64,000 bases of DNA from Eutreptiella sp. 'Long Island Sound 2002' (GCA_964036045.1 OZ038378.1:165106001-165170000), one strand, 5' to 3'; positions 38,406-49,353 are shown, counted from the first letter of the stretch. Translations and numbers: made by a program. The notes: generated by a model not told the origin, from the letters alone.

Positions 38406-39971
38406 ATGGCGATAGCGGCTGTTGGATCGTTTCGGGTGGCGGCCGTGGGCGTTCATGGATGGGCCCCCAAGACGCAATCGAGATACCGTTCCGCTCTGTC
38501 CGCGGTGGCGAAGTTTGAGAGTACCAGAGCTTTGCGGACGCCGCTTACTGACACGCTGTCTGAATTCTTGGCGTCAAGGGTCTCCATGGGACAGGCCAGA
38601 TCCACCCTCAGGGGGTATGTGTCCGCGGTTCGAGCGGCAGAGGATGTTAGACTACTCCCGGGTTGTGTCCAGGCCATCCACTGGAGGATTGCGAAGTCTG
38701 GAAAACCGACACCGGGGCAACCATACCTGGGACCGGAGGGTCTCTGTCTCCTGTGGGCCAGCGCAATTTCGCCGGTTGAGCAGGCAGTGGCAGCATTGGC
38801 GAGCCTTAGTTGGCCCCTCTTCTTGCGAGTCTTTGAAGCGGTGTCCATCACGCCAGCGGGCTTGGAGAGTGATTCCGTGGTCCTGTTCGTCACTACCAAA
38901 GTTGGTGGCCACCGGGAAGTGCGACGGCCGCTTTATGAGTGGGGACGGTCGTGGGTCCGATTCCTCAGATGCTACGCCGAGGCCAGCTGCATCCCGGAAG
39001 GTCAACCGTTGGTTAGGGGAGGGGTTGAGGCAGTGGAGAGGATCTTCGCAAACCTCCTCCGTGATTCCCCATATAGTGGCCACCGATGGCATTCCTTGCG
39101 GCGGGGGGGCGCTGCGGCCGCATTCCACCGCTCCCCAAATGTGGCTTACTTCGTCTGGTGGGGGCGGTGGAAGAGGCTGGCCACAGCGTTGGAGTACGCT
39201 TTGGGCTACTCTGACCCTGCGGTGGTTGGGGCTTTGGTGCTATCATGGCCTGTTCGTGGCCAGGCTTCTGATGAGCGTTTGGCTGTGCTGTTGGACGCCC
39301 TGTGGGGTGACCCCATGTATGCAAGCCCTGAGCGGAAGTCCACTAAGGCGACGATGGAGGTCTCAGTCCCGGTGCCTGCGGGCCCTGTGGTATCTTTTCC
39401 TGATATGGATGTGGCGACAAGTCGGAAGGAAGTGGACGACGTGGGGTCTGATTCGGATTCTTCGTCCGTCCCCTCGGAGTCTTCGGACTCAGATGTCTCC
39501 ACGGCAAGTGCCCGTAACATCACCACAGGACCTAGTCCGTCCACTGGTCCAGGGGAACGCCCTCAACAGTTCACGCCGGGATCCAAACCTCAGGTTGACG
39601 GGAGCGGCAGGAGGAAGCTGCGATCGAAAGGAGCCGGCAAGGCACCGAGAGGCGGCGCAGCAGAGGTCGACGGCGCTGAGAAACCGAGGCCCAAGCGGCG
39701 AGTCGTTGGTCTGGGCGGTCCCTTATCTGTCCAGCGGCGTCATGGGACGAGCGCGCCGGTGGGCCTGGGTAGTGCAAAAGCCCGGCGACCTGCCTCCAAG
39801 AGGCGGCATCCCGATGGGCCTACCGTCGGGCCTGCCAGCAAAGTGGCTGTCCGTTCCCCGCCGGAGTGTAAGGATAAGGGCGGAGGAACGGAGACCGGCA
39901 GGGGTGGGGGGGGGGTCGCCTGGAAATTCGCCCCCCGCGGGGGTGACCCGCGAAACCCCATCTGCCTGTGA
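38406..39971 (+). CDS. Tyrosine recombinase (YR/integrase) with low-complexity C-terminal tail
   Basis: Catalytic set: R (FLRVFEA), K (TTKVGG), HxxR (WHSLRRGGA), WGRW and Y (ALEYA). SAM-like N-domain (STLRGYVSAVR). Confidence 0.9.
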   Translation: MAIAAVGSFRVAAVGVHGWAPKTQSRYRSALSAVAKFESTRALRTPLTDTLSEFLASRVSMGQARSTLRGYVSAVRAAEDVRLLPGCVQAIHWRIAKSGKPTPGQPYLGPEGLCLLWASAISPVEQAVAALASLSWPLFLRVFEAVSITPAGLESDSVVLFVTTKVGGHREVRRPLYEWGRSWVRFLRCYAEASCIPEGQPLVRGGVEAVERIFANLLRDSPYSGHRWHSLRRGGAAAAFHRSPNVAYFVWWGRWKRLATALEYALGYSDPAVVGALVLSWPVRGQASDERLAVLLDALWGDPMYASPERKSTKATMEVSVPVPAGPVVSFPDMDVATSRKEVDDVGSDSDSSSVPSESSDSDVSTASARNITTGPSPSTGPGERPQQFTPGSKPQVDGSGRRKLRSKGAGKAPRGGAAEVDGAEKPRPKRRVVGLGGPLSVQRRHGTSAPVGLGSAKARRPASKRRHPDGPTVGPASKVAVRSPPECKDKGGGTETGRGGGGVAWKFAPRGGDPRNPICL

Positions 39972-41301
39972 CACATCGGTTGGTGGCCCAGTGCCGAGTT
40001 TGGCGCAGGGATCGCTGCGGGTGATCACGTTGGCGGATGGTGGGCCCCGCCCTCTGACCAGGGCAGACCTTTTGTATGTGCGTTCGGAACCAGTTCCGCT
40101 ATTTGTCCACTTTTTGCAGTCCTTCGTTTCTTTCTTGCCCTGGCTTCACCAGGCATTGTCTTGCGGGGTCTTGTTGCTCATGCGGCGACTCCATTTGTTT
40201 GTGCTGCGTTTGTTTCTTACGTGTGAGGATTTTCGTTTACGGTCCGCACCGGATATAATATTCAGCGCTTTGTCGGAATTTACAGCGGAATCCTGGCAGG
40301 CTCTTTTGCACCTTTCTACGTCCCCGGTGCCGCAGGTGGGAAAAGTTGACCCACAATTGGTGGAGAGGGGTTTGGGGGCGGTGGGTAACTACACAATTTC
40401 CGACGAACTGTGGTGTGAGTTGGCGCCCCCTGATTTCGAAGCGTCGGTGTCGGATTTTCATTTGGAGAGAGAAAGTCGCTCTTCTACTAGGGAGGCTTTG
40501 GTGCTGCCCATGGTTGAGTGGTTGCTGCGTGAGGGAGTTGTTTCCATCATGGATGAAGGCTGCCCCATGGGGGCGAATTGCTGGCCGTTTGTGATCCCGA
40601 AGTCCACGGACAAGGTGTCCCTCTATTTTAATTTAGTTGAATTTAATGAGAGCTTGCATAAGCTGTTGTCTTTTTCACTGGATGGTTGGGAACAAATCTC
40701 CCAGAGGTTGGCGGAATGGCCGGCCGATAGGCCGTTGTTTTGTACACACGTGGATCTCAAAAATGCGGTTTGGAGTTTTAAATTGCCTAGACGGCACGAG
40801 AGGGCCTTTCGGTTCCGGATGCGTTGGGAAGGGGTGGAGAGGGTTTTTTGTATGTCGCGGATGCCGTTTGGGTGGAAGCACTCCCCGCTGTTCTGTCAGA
40901 CGGCGTTGGGGAGGATAGTGCGTCCCCTGGTCCCGGAGGCGTACATCCTTTTCCACTACCTTGATGATTTTTTGATCCTAGGGCCGGATCCAGTGCGGTT
41001 GCGTGTTGTCACTGCGCGCGTGGTTCGGGCTTTGGAGGAGGCAGGGTTTATTGTGTCGGGCAAGAGTACACTGGACCCGGTTACGGAAATATTTTTCCTT
41101 GGAAAGTACATTAATTTAGGGGTGCGCACGATCCGTTCACATCCAGGGGCTTTCCTCCAGATGTTCAATATTTGGCTACGGTTAGCCACGCGGTCGAGAC
41201 CTTCTTCCCGGTTGCTCTCTAAAGCATTGGGCTTCATCCATTGGCACCTTAGGCCCCGTTTGGGGGGGGGGTCCGCTGCTCGCTGGGAGCTATTGTTGTG
41301 A
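38422..41301 (+). CDS. Reverse transcriptase ORF (RT domain ~40480-41270), overlapping YR in the +1 frame; frameshift at the poly-G near 41265
   Basis: WPFVIPKS, HVDLKNAVW, RMPFGWKHSP, HYLDDFLI, GFIVSGKS, FFLGKYI. Confidence 0.9.
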   Translation: MDRFGWRPWAFMDGPPRRNRDTVPLCPRWRSLRVPELCGRRLLTRCLNSWRQGSPWDRPDPPSGGMCPRFERQRMLDYSRVVSRPSTGGLRSLENRHRGNHTWDRRVSVSCGPAQFRRLSRQWQHWRALVGPSSCESLKRCPSRQRAWRVIPWSCSSLPKLVATGKCDGRFMSGDGRGSDSSDATPRPAASRKVNRWLGEGLRQWRGSSQTSSVIPHIVATDGIPCGGGALRPHSTAPQMWLTSSGGGGGRGWPQRWSTLWATLTLRWLGLWCYHGLFVARLLMSVWLCCWTPCGVTPCMQALSGSPLRRRWRSQSRCLRALWYLFLIWMWRQVGRKWTTWGLIRILRPSPRSLRTQMSPRQVPVTSPQDLVRPLVQGNALNSSRRDPNLRLTGAAGGSCDRKEPARHREAAQQRSTALRNRGPSGESLVWAVPYLSSGVMGRARRWAWVVQKPGDLPPRGGIPMGLPSGLPAKWLSVPRRSVRIRAEERRPAGVGGGSPGNSPPAGVTRETPSACDTSVGGPVPSLAQGSLRVITLADGGPRPLTRADLLYVRSEPVPLFVHFLQSFVSFLPWLHQALSCGVLLLMRRLHLFVLRLFLTCEDFRLRSAPDIIFSALSEFTAESWQALLHLSTSPVPQVGKVDPQLVERGLGAVGNYTISDELWCELAPPDFEASVSDFHLERESRSSTREALVLPMVEWLLREGVVSIMDEGCPMGANCWPFVIPKSTDKVSLYFNLVEFNESLHKLLSFSLDGWEQISQRLAEWPADRPLFCTHVDLKNAVWSFKLPRRHERAFRFRMRWEGVERVFCMSRMPFGWKHSPLFCQTALGRIVRPLVPEAYILFHYLDDFLILGPDPVRLRVVTARVVRALEEAGFIVSGKSTLDPVTEIFFLGKYINLGVRTIRSHPGAFLQMFNIWLRLATRSRPSSRLLSKALGFIHWHLRPRLGGGSAARWELLL

Positions 41302-41942
41302 CCGCTGGGGTGGGTTTGAACGGCCTACGCCACTGAAGGTTTTGCATGGACTGTGTACTGCCATCGTACGGTGTATGGAAACATGGGAACCGCCAATGCC
41401 GGCACGACTTGCTGTATTTCGTGCGCTATCCGCCACGCCCGATTTGTGGGCCGTTCGCCATTGTGTGATGTTCGGGGACGCTGCTTTGGACGCCATTAGG
41501 TATAGGGGGGGGGGCATTCGTACCGCGGTTGTCGGGTGTACGTTCCCAAGTTACCCCCCCGGCACGTCACACGCAGCAAAGCGCAGAGCTTTGGGTGTTG
41601 GTGTGGTTGGTGAGGCTGGCAGTTCGGCTGGGTTGGGGTTATGTGGTGTTGGTCACGGATTCACTGGTGTCCGCTTGCCAGTTTTTGTCCCTGCGGGCCT
41701 CTACGTGGTTGTCCAGGCAGCAGAAGTTGCTGAGGGCATTGGTTTTGAGACTACTGCAGACGGGGTTGGTTGTGGAGGTCAGGTTGGTGCCTGGCGCGTT
41801 GCAACCGGCTGACCCGCCGAGTAGGTTGGATTCTAATTACCAATCTAGTATGCAGCGGGCGTGTAGCCGTGCTTTTCAACTCTGGCGGGTGTTACTGGAG
41901 CACCCCCAAGAGGTGCTGCAGGTGGGTGGGTTGGTCCTATGA
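41300..41942 (+). pseudogene. RNase H domain of the YR element, split over two frames
   Basis: VMFGDAA (frame of ORF 41342), then QQSAELW, VTDSLV and QPADPPSR (frame of ORF 41529). The shifts lie at or near homopolymers, so sequencing error is possible. Confidence 0.8.
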
Positions 41943-41971
41943 GGCGTACTTGTTTGGTTTCGTGAAATCAC

Positions 41972-42720
41972 ATGTTTCGCACGTTCGCGGTGTTCAGCGC
42001 TTGTGCCATGCCTGGACGAGGGAAGCGCCGCCGCCACCGGCGCGGAGGATTTTGTCACTGCCGGTTGGCGGCGGCGCTGCAGCGCAGGCGGGACCGTGCG
42101 CGACAACACCCCAGAGCTGTGTTGGAGAAGCGCCTTGCGTGGTGGCCGGTGAGGCAGATCTGGCTGGGTCTGGCAGCAAGGCTCGTCTTCTTGCGGCCTT
42201 GCTCGAAGGATGATGCTCCCGGAGTTCTAAAGCTGGCAGCGCAGGACCTAGCGAACCGTCTGCGTGGAATTGCGGAGCAGGAGAAGACTCCGTCTGGTGA
42301 TGTGAATGTTAAAGGCGCGGGCGGGGATCATTTGTGCCGCCATCGTTGGATCGTGCGGGTTGGGGGTAGTAGGTTGTTCCTGAGTCTCTCGTCGAACACG
42401 AAGACTGGGGGCCAGCGTCTGCCCTATATATGGGTCCAAGGGAAACAGGTGTTGGTTCGGCGAGTGTGCTTCATGTTCCACGCGTTGTGAGCGACCGTCG
42501 TTCTTGCTATGCAGTATTTCATGGATTCCAGTAAGTTGTGTCTCGATGCATAGAGACCGTGCATTGTTTTCTGTCCCATGCGATGGTACCTGTGGGTGGG
42601 GGCTAGAGGAATGGGACCGTCGTGCGCAGGCATTACACACGGAGACTGGCGCCGGCGCCGTGGCTGGTTGGCTGCGGGCGCCTGGCACTGTCCCCGTTGT
42701 GGATTTGTGAAGGTTACCGG
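41972..42720 (+). pseudogene. Additional, degenerate 3' ORF of the YR element (unknown function; His-Me-like and PHD-like fragments)
   Basis: 172-aa ORF ending YIWVQGKQVLVRRVCFMFH. Downstream fragments CDGTC, SCAGI and WHCPRC lie in shifted frames. Confidence 0.35.
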
Positions 42721-43258
42721 TTTCAGCGTGGTGAGGTTGTATGGCGACTGGTTGGGAGGGGTACGAGAGGTGAATTGTTGAATTGTCTTGGTGCTTTGTC
42801 CTCTGTGATCCCCTGTTTGTCTTGTCCCATTTTCGTTTACGAACAGGGGATCACTTCTACGGTTTGTGTACAGATTTGTTGAAAATTTATTCTGTTCCCA
42901 CCACCCGCCCCCACGCCCGCCTCCTCGCTGTGTTTGTCGGTGATGGTGGGGCTTGGTGTTATGTTGGATTCAGGTTGGAGATTCATGCTGTATACTTCTG
43001 CCAGGTGTTAAAATTTTGGAGCAGAGATCTGCATTTGTGCTGCTTCACGTTTTTTGATCGCCGGTGTGAGTCAGTGTAGGGTTGTGTCCCATAGGCCCGG
43101 CGGGGTCCTTTTGGAGAGCGCTTACTAAGGCCTCTGGCGCTATTGGCGAGTACTGTTTTGAGACTTTTGACGGCGATGATGTCGCCAGCAACACTCTGAC
43201 TCGTTTGGCTGCCAGAGGTGAATTGTTGAATTGTCTTGGTGCTTTGTCCTCTGTGATC

Positions 43259-44372
43259 TTCCGGTAGCCATACTGGTGCATAGTAATTATGCATGGTGCA
43301 TACTCTCATCAGTTTCGCGTTGCCACACGGGTATTGCCATCGGTTTCCGGTAGCCATATGGGTGCATAATAATTCATGAGGGTGCATAAGCTCATAACTT
43401 TCTCGTAGCCATACGGGTGCGTGATAATTGTGCAGGGTTCATAATCTCATCACTTTCCGCTGGGCATACGGGTTCATAATAATTGCGCAGAGTGCATGAT
43501 CTCATCAGTTGCCTCTACACATACGGGTGCATAATAATTGTGCAGGGTGCATAATCTCACGAGGTTCAGGTAACCAGACAGGTGCATAGTAATTGTGCAG
43601 GGTGCATAATCTAATCAGCTTCCAGTAGCCATGCGGTGGCATAATAATTGTGGAGGATGCATAACGTCATCGGTTTCCGGTAGCCATACGGGTGCATAAT
43701 ACTTAATCAGGGTGCCTGATTTCGTCAGCTTCTCATAGCCAGACAGCCGCATAATAATTGTGCACGGTGAATAATCTCATCAGTTTCTCATAGCCATATG
43801 GGTGCATAATAATTGTGCAGGGTGCATAATGTCATCGGTTTCCAGCAGCCATATGGGTGCATAATAATTGTGCAGGGTGCATACTCTCACCAGTTTCCAG
43901 TAGCCATACGGGTGCATAATAATTGTGCAGAGTGCATAATATCACCAGTTTCCGGTAGCCATAGGGGTGCATAATAATTGTGCAGGGTGCATAATCTCAT
44001 CAGTTTGAGGTAACCATACGGGTGCATAATAATTGTGCAGAGTGAATAATCTCATCAGTTTTCGGTAGCCATACGGGTGGGTAAAAATTAATCAGGGTGC
44101 ATAATCTCATCAGCTTCCGGTAGCCATATGGGTACATAATGATTGTGCAGGGTGCATAATCTCATCAACTCCCAGTAGGCATACGGGTGCCCAATGCTTA
44201 TGCAGGGTGCATAATCTCATGAGTTTCTGGCAGCCATAGGGGTGCATGATAATTGTGCAGGGTGCATAATCTAACCAGTTTTCAGTAGCCATACAGGTGC
44301 ATAATAATTGTGCAGGGTGCAAAAACTCATCAATTTCCGCTAGCCATACGGGTGCATGGTAATTGTGCATGC
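43259..44372. repeat. 55-bp satellite array, right arm (~20 units)
   Basis: Same consensus; resumes in register after the YR element. Confidence 0.95.
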
Positions 44373-44577
44373 TAGCTCATAAAGACAATCCACAAAGACA
44401 TTGTTTCCCAGAGATAGCAAGGCAAGCACCATGAAGCTTGTAAACTACTTTAAAGTGTGTAACAACCTACGTGCCTACGTGCTGCATTGTGAATGTACAC
44501 GATGTCCGGGGATTCCCCATCATTATAATCCATCATCCAGCTTGGCGACCTGAAAATTGCTCTGCGGGGGGGGGGTG

Positions 44578-46180
44578 TAGGGTTTTTCACTGAAACGTGG
44601 CACGTTAAATCACGTTAAATCACGTTTTACCACGTTTTGAGCCGATTTGCCAAATCACGTCAAACCACGTTAAATCACGTTAAATCACGTTTCATTGGGT
44701 TTGGGCCTGTCCTTCCCCGGCATGCCATGTGAATGCGCAACATAGAAGTGAGACACGGTGTCAACTGACACTGTGTTCTCTGTAGGTAATCAAGACCAGA
44801 TCAAGTCCAGCGGATGACAACACGCGCCATTTCCGTGTCAGGCCCCTTTGTCTGTGCTCCTTTTCATTATGCCTGATGACCCAGAGACCAACAGTGCAAC
44901 AGCCAGAGTATGGAAGCGGGGCAGCACTTTCAACGCAGTGAAGCGTGCCCGGCAATTTCCTGGCGATTTCATTGCCAAGGGTGAAGAAATTATGTGGTGT
45001 ACGTCATGCCAATGCTCCGTGTCTTGGCTGGAGAAGAGCCATGCCAAAAACCATTTGTCGTCCGCCAGTCACAAACGTGCCAAGTTGAATGCAGGGAAAC
45101 TAAACAAGCAGCCTGGTCTAAGTGCACCGGTTGAATCACCACCTGTGGCAGCAACATCAACGCAACCCCCCCCAAGCACGACAATCCCAGAAGTGAATGA
45201 TAACACTCGAAAGGTAGTGCAAGTGCAGCCAGATTTGAAGGATGTTCTCACCGGCTTGAACCACAACCAACATGTCAACGACGATTTCGTCGCCGCATTT
45301 TTACAAGCAGGGATTGCACCAAATAAGTTGGACCACCCTTCCCTCAGGGGGCTATTCAAAAAGTATACTTCTGTGGAGGGCTGCCTGGGGAAGGGGGCCA
45401 CTCATTACCGCACCAGTGAGCGTGTTGGGAAGTTGCACATTGGTGCCATTCGCAACCGAGTCAAGGCCAAAAAGGTGTGGATTGGAACAGACGAGTACAC
45501 GGACAACTCTGGGCATGCCATTATTGATGTTGTGCTGGGCTGTGGTCGAAATGTGTACGTCGTTGCCACAGTTGAGTTGGTGTGCAAAGGGCCAAACAAC
45601 GGGGTAGAGCACTCAGAGTTGGGGTCCGCATGTGTCACAATGTTTTTCAATGGGGATGTGGAGCAGCGCTTCACTAAGGACTGACCGGGGTGACATGGAT
45701 GCCTGCCGAAGGAGGGGGGGGGTTGGAGAAATGGGGTTCCGTGTCGGGCCCTTTGTTTTGTGTCAGAATGGATGTTGGCGCCAAAGGCGCAGGAACACAA
45801 AATTTTGGCCCGAAAAAGCTTGTTCCACCAACAATCCCCCCCCCCCCCCACATTTGAGTAGTCAAAATGATCAGCGCGACGTGGGTATCCTTTTGAGCCA
45901 TAGATGTTGGGTTGGCCCCCCACCCCCCGGCACGGCAGGTGGGGCACCCCCGCCCTGAACCCCCCCTACCGTCTCGGCGGCCAAGGAGGGGGGGGGTTGG
46001 GAAAATGGGCCTCCGTGTCACCCCCCCCCCCCCCGCAGAGCAATTTTCTTCCTGCCCCATAACATAGAATGTGCAACACAACCGGGTAAATATGGGCTAA
46101 AATGGCTGAAAATAGGTAAAAATGGGTGGCAATTCAAATGTGCCACGTCCTCAATGCACACGAAACGTAAAAAAAATCTG
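44578..46180 (+). mobile_element. Truncated hAT DNA transposon (CGGBP1-like transposase)
   Basis: TAGGG-starting left end followed by a (CACGTTAAAT)n subterminal array. Transposase fragment present. Right end uncertain. Confidence 0.6.
44869..45684 (+). pseudogene. hAT transposase N-terminal half (BED-like finger, CGGBP1-like domain, first catalytic Asp)
   Basis: MWCTSCQCSV..KSHAKNHLSSASH; DFVAAFLQAGIAPNKLDHPSLRGLFKKY; WIGTDEYTD. Truncated shortly after by unrelated repeats. Confidence 0.8.
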
Positions 46181-49100
46181 TTATGGAACAACCAACCGGC
46201 AAAAAAACGCCAAAGCTAGGGTTCAAGTAGTTGCTGACATACAAAAGTTTGCACTGCGTACGCACTGTGCCCCACTGCGTGCATGGCATTCTCCATAGCC
46301 TGGTGGGGGAGGTGAACACACATGATGGGGGTCAGAGAACAAGAGAAGGGGAACGAAACGCAGTGCCATTGATGACATTGCGTCCACACGAAATGTAGCA
46401 TTCAAACCCTTCCAGATTGCATCCACGCAAACTGACCCAGGGCAATTCCCATGATGCAATCATGACCTGTCTCTAGTTCAAGGTTGAAGGGGGGTGGGGG
46501 TGGTTAGCTAGGCAGGTTGTATACATGTACATGTGCATGCATACATACATGCATGCATGCACATACGCACCAAGCCACAATTTGAATCATGCTCGAAGTG
46601 CAAGGCATCAGGAACATTAGGAACATCCGCATCACCATCAAGGGGATCCGTTGCAACATAAACAACATCATCAATCTAAGCAGCAGCATGAGGAACCCCA
46701 CAATCACCATCTTTGGAAGTATGAGGGTTGGCATCCTCACCTTCATCTGATTCCCCACGATCGGTTTAGGCATGATCAACAACGCAGTCATCATATTCTC
46801 GAGCCTCAGCAACAGTTGCAAGAGAAGCATCCATACTAAGCATCTTCGGAACATAGCAAACACATGGATGGTAAAAAATAAAAGCTAGCAAAGAAAAAAA
46901 GCTAGCAATAAAATAAAAGCACATGCCGGCTTTTAAATGGGGGGTGGGGGGTTACCACCTCACCAGGCAATGTATGCACGCAACCGCTAGGCGTATGATG
47001 TCCCCCATCTTGAAGCACCTTGGTATGGCGCGACGATGTACAGCCGAGATGTATGACCTGGTGCAAGTACTCACCATTGGTGGAAGGGATGAGCTCCCTC
47101 GTAACAGACACAAGCCAAATCCCTCGCTAGGCAAAGCATGTCACATCAGATGGGGTGTGGTGATGGGGGCGCAACAACAGCTTAGGCCGTAGGTCGAGCG
47201 GGGGCGCCAACATCGTCGATGTTCGTCTATCACCTCTCAGCTACCTTTGGACTGGACGACCCCGCCTTATGCAGGCAAATGTTCTACGCCGGTTCGCCTT
47301 GACATACCCCTTGGTGCGCGTTTGAAACCCAATGTTGTTCCGGCCAAATTGTTCCAGTGTTCTAGGCTATCTGGCCGGAACAAAAAAAGTTCAAAATTTA
47401 TTTGCCCCCCAACCAAGCCTACCCGTACATGGTGGCAAAATATGTTGTTTGCTAGCCTTGGGGGTCCCCGCTGGTATGCTTATATTTGTTGCCCGGCGCG
47501 TTGCCACGTGAAAAAAACTTGTTTTCAAAAACAGTTTTTGTTAGAACACCATTGGAACACCGCTGGAACAAGTTATCGGAACGTCGCCGGAACAAGCACT
47601 CTACAACAAGAGCAAAGCACAAGGAAGGGTAAAATGGTAACATACATTGTTGTGTAAGGTGCCCCCGGGGGCCCATCGGGTTAGTCTCTTGTTCTCACCT
47701 AAAAGTCGTGCGTGGTCGGGGGCCCGGCGGGCGCCCCCGAACTCTTGTCACCCGCCCCACTATCCCCCCCATCTCCCTCACCGACCACCACCCCTTCACC
47801 CACCACCCCTTCACCCTCCACCCCTTCACCCACCACCCACCATCTCTCGTACACAGCTTGGTTGGGCCAAGCGCACGGCCACCGCAAATTGGCGGCGGGC
47901 GTGTGGAGAGGAGATGGCCCATTCCGCTATGAGCTCCCCAACAAGATCCCCGTCCCGGAGGCTAACAGCACTAGCCAAATGGACGAGGTGGGTGGTTAGT
48001 TGCGCAACGCGGGTTTGCGATCTAGGCATGATGAAGGTACAACAATGAACTACGAAGCGAAATTTGGCAATGCATACCTCTAGGGGAAGATGCCCGTGGA
48101 CCCACCGAGCATTCAGGCAAGGAACAAATACCAAAATGGGACCCTAGGCATGGCCACAATGCACAAATCAAACGGGAGAACGGGGACGCCAACGTTGAAA
48201 AGTCATACAACGCTGCGTCTGAACTACAAGAAACAGCAGGCTTGCAAATGGATACGAAAACTTCGAAATGTGTACACCTAGTGGAAGGTGGCACCAACGG
48301 CTCACAATATGTCAACATGGCCCCGATGGGAAAGACAAGCCTTGGGCGCGTTATACATGCAGGAAAGAGACAAAAAACATCATTTACGAACTTGGAAACT
48401 CATGGTGATGGATCTGGTTATCTGGCCTGCGAAACTTGTTCCAGTGGTGTTCCCAACGAGATTGTTCCGGCGGGAATTGTTTCCATTGGGAATATTCTAG
48501 TCGGGAACAACATTGGGTTTCAAACGCGTACCAAGGGCATAGTCTTGTACAGAATGGACGCCACAACTCCACGAACACTGTATTTGATGAAACAAAACAA
48601 CATCAAAGTCATAAAGAACGAGTTGTGCATTTCATTGCAGGCTAAGCGCGATTATAAGCAATGTCGGGACAGAAACGGAAAAGTATTGCACAGTATGACG
48701 TGAAAGAGAGACGACGGGCTGAGTGAGCATTGGGTTCACTGGGTTCACCGGGGTCACAGGTTGCTGCGACGGCCGGACCCCCCCCCCCCCTTGCCCCCCT
48801 CATGGCCTCCTGGAACATGCGGCGAAACTCATGTTCGCGAAATACGGAGCCTTCTAAAACAGTTCTAGACAAATCGGCAAGCGAGCGGGGAACCTAGAAC
48901 ATGGCTAAAAGTGCCATTGCACACACACAATAACAACAGCAAACTCGGGCCATCAATTGTGCCAAATCTGGGCTGAGGGCTGAGTGCTGCCGCTGGGGGG
49001 CATTATGGGTTCGGAGAGCTGGGATCGGCAACGGTGGTTGCAGAGGAAGCAATCGGGGGCGGGGGGGGGGGGGGGTGGTTGGGGAGCTTCTCCCTTGTAG

Positions 49101-49353
49101 TACCTACCGCGCGCCCTGCCCTGCGTCTGCGGCTTGCTTTGGAAATAATTCGCACAGTACATGGGACACTCAGCCCGGGCCGAAGTCTTTCCATTGTAGA
49201 GAGCGATAGTGTCAACAGATCAATGTGCACTCCTCACCCCTTCCCCCCCCCTCCGGGGGTAGCACTTCTACGATCAATGCCGTAACTGGTCTTAGAATGG
49301 CAGGTTTTCCTTCTTGTTGCAAGTTTCGCTACCTCTATGCTTTACTAGCCTTG

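Larger units (their letters stand above)
37459..43258 (+). mobile_element. Tyrosine-recombinase (DIRS-order) retrotransposon, gag-YR-RT-RNaseH order (VIPER/TATE-like), with split direct repeats
   Basis: A1 37459-37543 matches A2 42808-42891. B1 42766-42810 is identical to B2 43214-43258 (45 bp). B1 directly abuts A2. Coding domains are listed below. Confidence 0.92.

Noticed and set aside
48090-48703. Possible Transib/Chapaev-like transposase C-terminal relic (APTAHNMSTW...LGALYMQE)
   Set aside because: Resemblance too weak; stops present; no TIRs identified.
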